A stretch of DNA of 37,586 nt, taken from Octopus sinensis. Its lineage: Eukaryota. The position numbers and the translations under genes were made by a program. The notes beneath the pieces are model-generated. The model was not told the DNA's origin and did no database searches. It saw nothing but the letters and a program-made list of their open reading frames with translations. Below are positions 35,440 to 37,586 of the stretch, piece after piece. The stretch covers positions 1-37,586 of the forward strand of contig NW_021835747.1 in the NCBI RefSeq assembly GCF_006345805.1, read 5' to 3'. Position 1 is the first letter of the stretch. Each line of letters opens with the position of its first letter.

Positions 35440-37586
35440 ATGGAGTCAGATATATTTCAAAAATGTTGTGACTGGTTGCTAAGAATTGGGGTCATTTCCC
35501 CATCCATTAGAGATAGTATTTCATCACAGTACGACTTTGTCAATTTGATTGAAAATGGAGAAATAATTTGTCATTTAGTCAATATAATTGAGCCTGGACT
35601 AATCCAAGGAGTATACGATACTTCTTCGGACACAGAACAAGTAGTCCACTCACATTTATTTCTCAGTTCTATATCAGAGCCAACATTGACAAGTTTAATA
35701 TTGCTTGTATTGATTTCTTCAATTTTGGCCAGTGCGATATTCTTTCCTTTGACGACATGGCTTTTGATCTGGACAAAGTAAGAGCTTTTCTAATCTTTAA
35801 AGGTTTTGAGAGCTTTATCAAAATTATCCAGCTCAGACACAGCTCGACAAATAGCCCAGTATCAAAATTTTGTTCATTTTAGTCCCTTTGATTTTGAAAT
35901 CTCAAAAAATGAAAACTTTTCTCCTCTTAGTGATTCGAGGTAGTAAATTCAGGGACTAATACTAGTCGACCACCTCTGGTGAGGGGAAGAAGTTCCAATT
36001 ATTCGAAAGACGTTGACAAGAAAGGAAACATATTTTACGACTCTTACGACCTTAAACAAGTTAGAAAGAAACATTAAAGTCACAGCCTTCCAACAGTGAT
36101 CGATCCTCTACGAGATATGTATTCGACGAAATCATTCTAGTGGAGCATATATACTTGGAAAATCTCAAAAAAATCGTAAATGTATTAAAAAATTAATCGT
36201 AATCTACTAGGGCTACATTCCTGCAATGAACAAACTAATTCCAGAAAACGATATTGAACTAATATTTCCTAACATTCAGGTTTTAAAGTCTTAAAAATTT
36301 CAGGAAATTTACATGCTGCACAGAAGCCTTGTTGAGTCTTTGGATGAGGCCAAGTCGTTCAATCAAATCGCAAAACTTTACGCTCGCTACTGCAAGTATT
36401 TTTATTTGTATGGAGAACTTGTCGGGAACACAGTTCAGTCAAAATTACTCATTCACGAGTACCGGAAAAACAACCAACAAGTCCATTTGGCCATTAAAGT
36501 ATCGACTTGGTAGATTATCTTAGTCATGTGAGAAAGCCTTTCATGGTAATAAAAAAGAAATTGGGGACTTGCTATTGCTTCCTATGCAACACATCCTTCG
36601 ATATAATCTGCTTTTTACTGTAAGGTCCCTACTTTATACCTAAGCGAGCTTGCAAAGAGGCAAACAACGAAAATTTGAAAATAAAGTGCCTCAAGTCCAC
36701 ACAACTTGATTACAGTGTTTTTTATGCTTAAATTATTGTGCAATAGGATTTGGCAGATTTTATCAACAGTTATTCAAACAGTATCAATACAAGAGCCAAC
36801 CAGATTGCACTAGAAAAAGAGTTTGTAATTTTTATGAAAAATTATTTATAGGATAAATGAGATTGCATTGGTAAGTATAAATATTATTTTAAGCCAAACA
36901 ACGAGCCATTTTGGATGTTTGGAGTGATTCAAAAAAGTGGTTTTCTACAAGTAAAAAACTCCAAACACGACTTGATATTCAAAGGAAGGTATTCTAAACA
37001 TATAACTTAATATCAGATACATATTCCTAGTCTCCCGACTTGTTCTAATCGTGAAAAAACTGGTCACTTATAATATTAACGACCACAGAATCAAGGATAT
37101 CAACAACAAGATTATTTGCTTGTATGCAATGTGACTTTAAAAAGAGAATCCCAAGTTTGAAACAAAATTGCTGATTTAGAGAATTCTTTTTCATTAAAAC
37201 AAACTTCGAATAATTCAAAATATACATTTTATGACAAATCGCCACTCAATATTGACGACTGGTTTAATACAATTCAAAAAATGATGTAAATACAAAAAAG
37301 TCAGTCTTAGAGAACTAAACACAATTCTTATACATGAAAACATTTTTGAACTCAAAACATTTCCGATTCCCACATTTTGTTCAGTTTGTGGATGTTTTTT
37401 AAAGTGATTTGTTGTGTAATATTTGCAGAGGACTAGTCAATCAAGGATACATCAATACTCGTAACAATACAAACTGATGTGGTTTAGACACAGAAAGAGT
37501 GGTTCATAAACTCTGCATCGAGCCATCTCTTGATTCCACAACAAGTCGAATTGGTAAATTCACATTTAGTCTCGAAAAATCATATT
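35440..37586 (+). CDS. VAV: Vav-family Rho/Rac GEF (CH, acidic, DH, PH, C1), 3' end outside window
   Basis: 18 introns of 23-31 nt rebuild a CH domain (CCDWLLRIGVI..LIENGEIICHLVN), an acidic Tyr segment (NIFYDSYDL), DH (DEIILVEHIYLENL; LLLPMQHILRYNLL), PH and a C1-like domain (PTFCSVC..GLVNQGY..HKLC). One junction near 37155-37181 needs the distal AG or one missing base. Confidence 0.85.

Overview
AT-rich eukaryotic (metazoan) genomic DNA, not prokaryotic. The ORF track is fragmented because the genes carry ultra-short spliceosomal introns; I reconstructed 41, all 23-31 nt. Eight host protein genes can be rebuilt by hand: an ACAD9-like gene (5' cut off by the window; catalytic Glu replaced), a myristoylated SH2-tyrosine kinase lacking SH3, a small-Maf-like bZIP, a minimal HES-like bHLH-WRPW gene missed by the ORF track, a PP2A B55 subunit with two apparent 1-nt deletions, an N-terminally shortened intronless SKI3/TTC37, TBC1D19, and the 5' part of a Vav-family GEF. 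There is also one tRNA-Arg(CCG). Intergenic DNA is packed with transposon relics: hAT, Tc1 (IR/DR type), pogo/Tigger, Ginger-like TIR integrase elements, I/Jockey-group and RTE-X-like LINEs, an R4/Dong-like element and about nine CRE-like REL fragments, several with intact TSDs. The compact introns, shortened proteins and TE mix suggest a reduced, possibly parasitic animal such as a myxozoan, dicyemid or orthonectid; this is inference only. No CRISPR, rRNA or clearly new multi-gene system was found. The most interesting signals are coherent domain or active-site losses in conserved proteins. All homology calls come from motif recognition by eye, not database searches.
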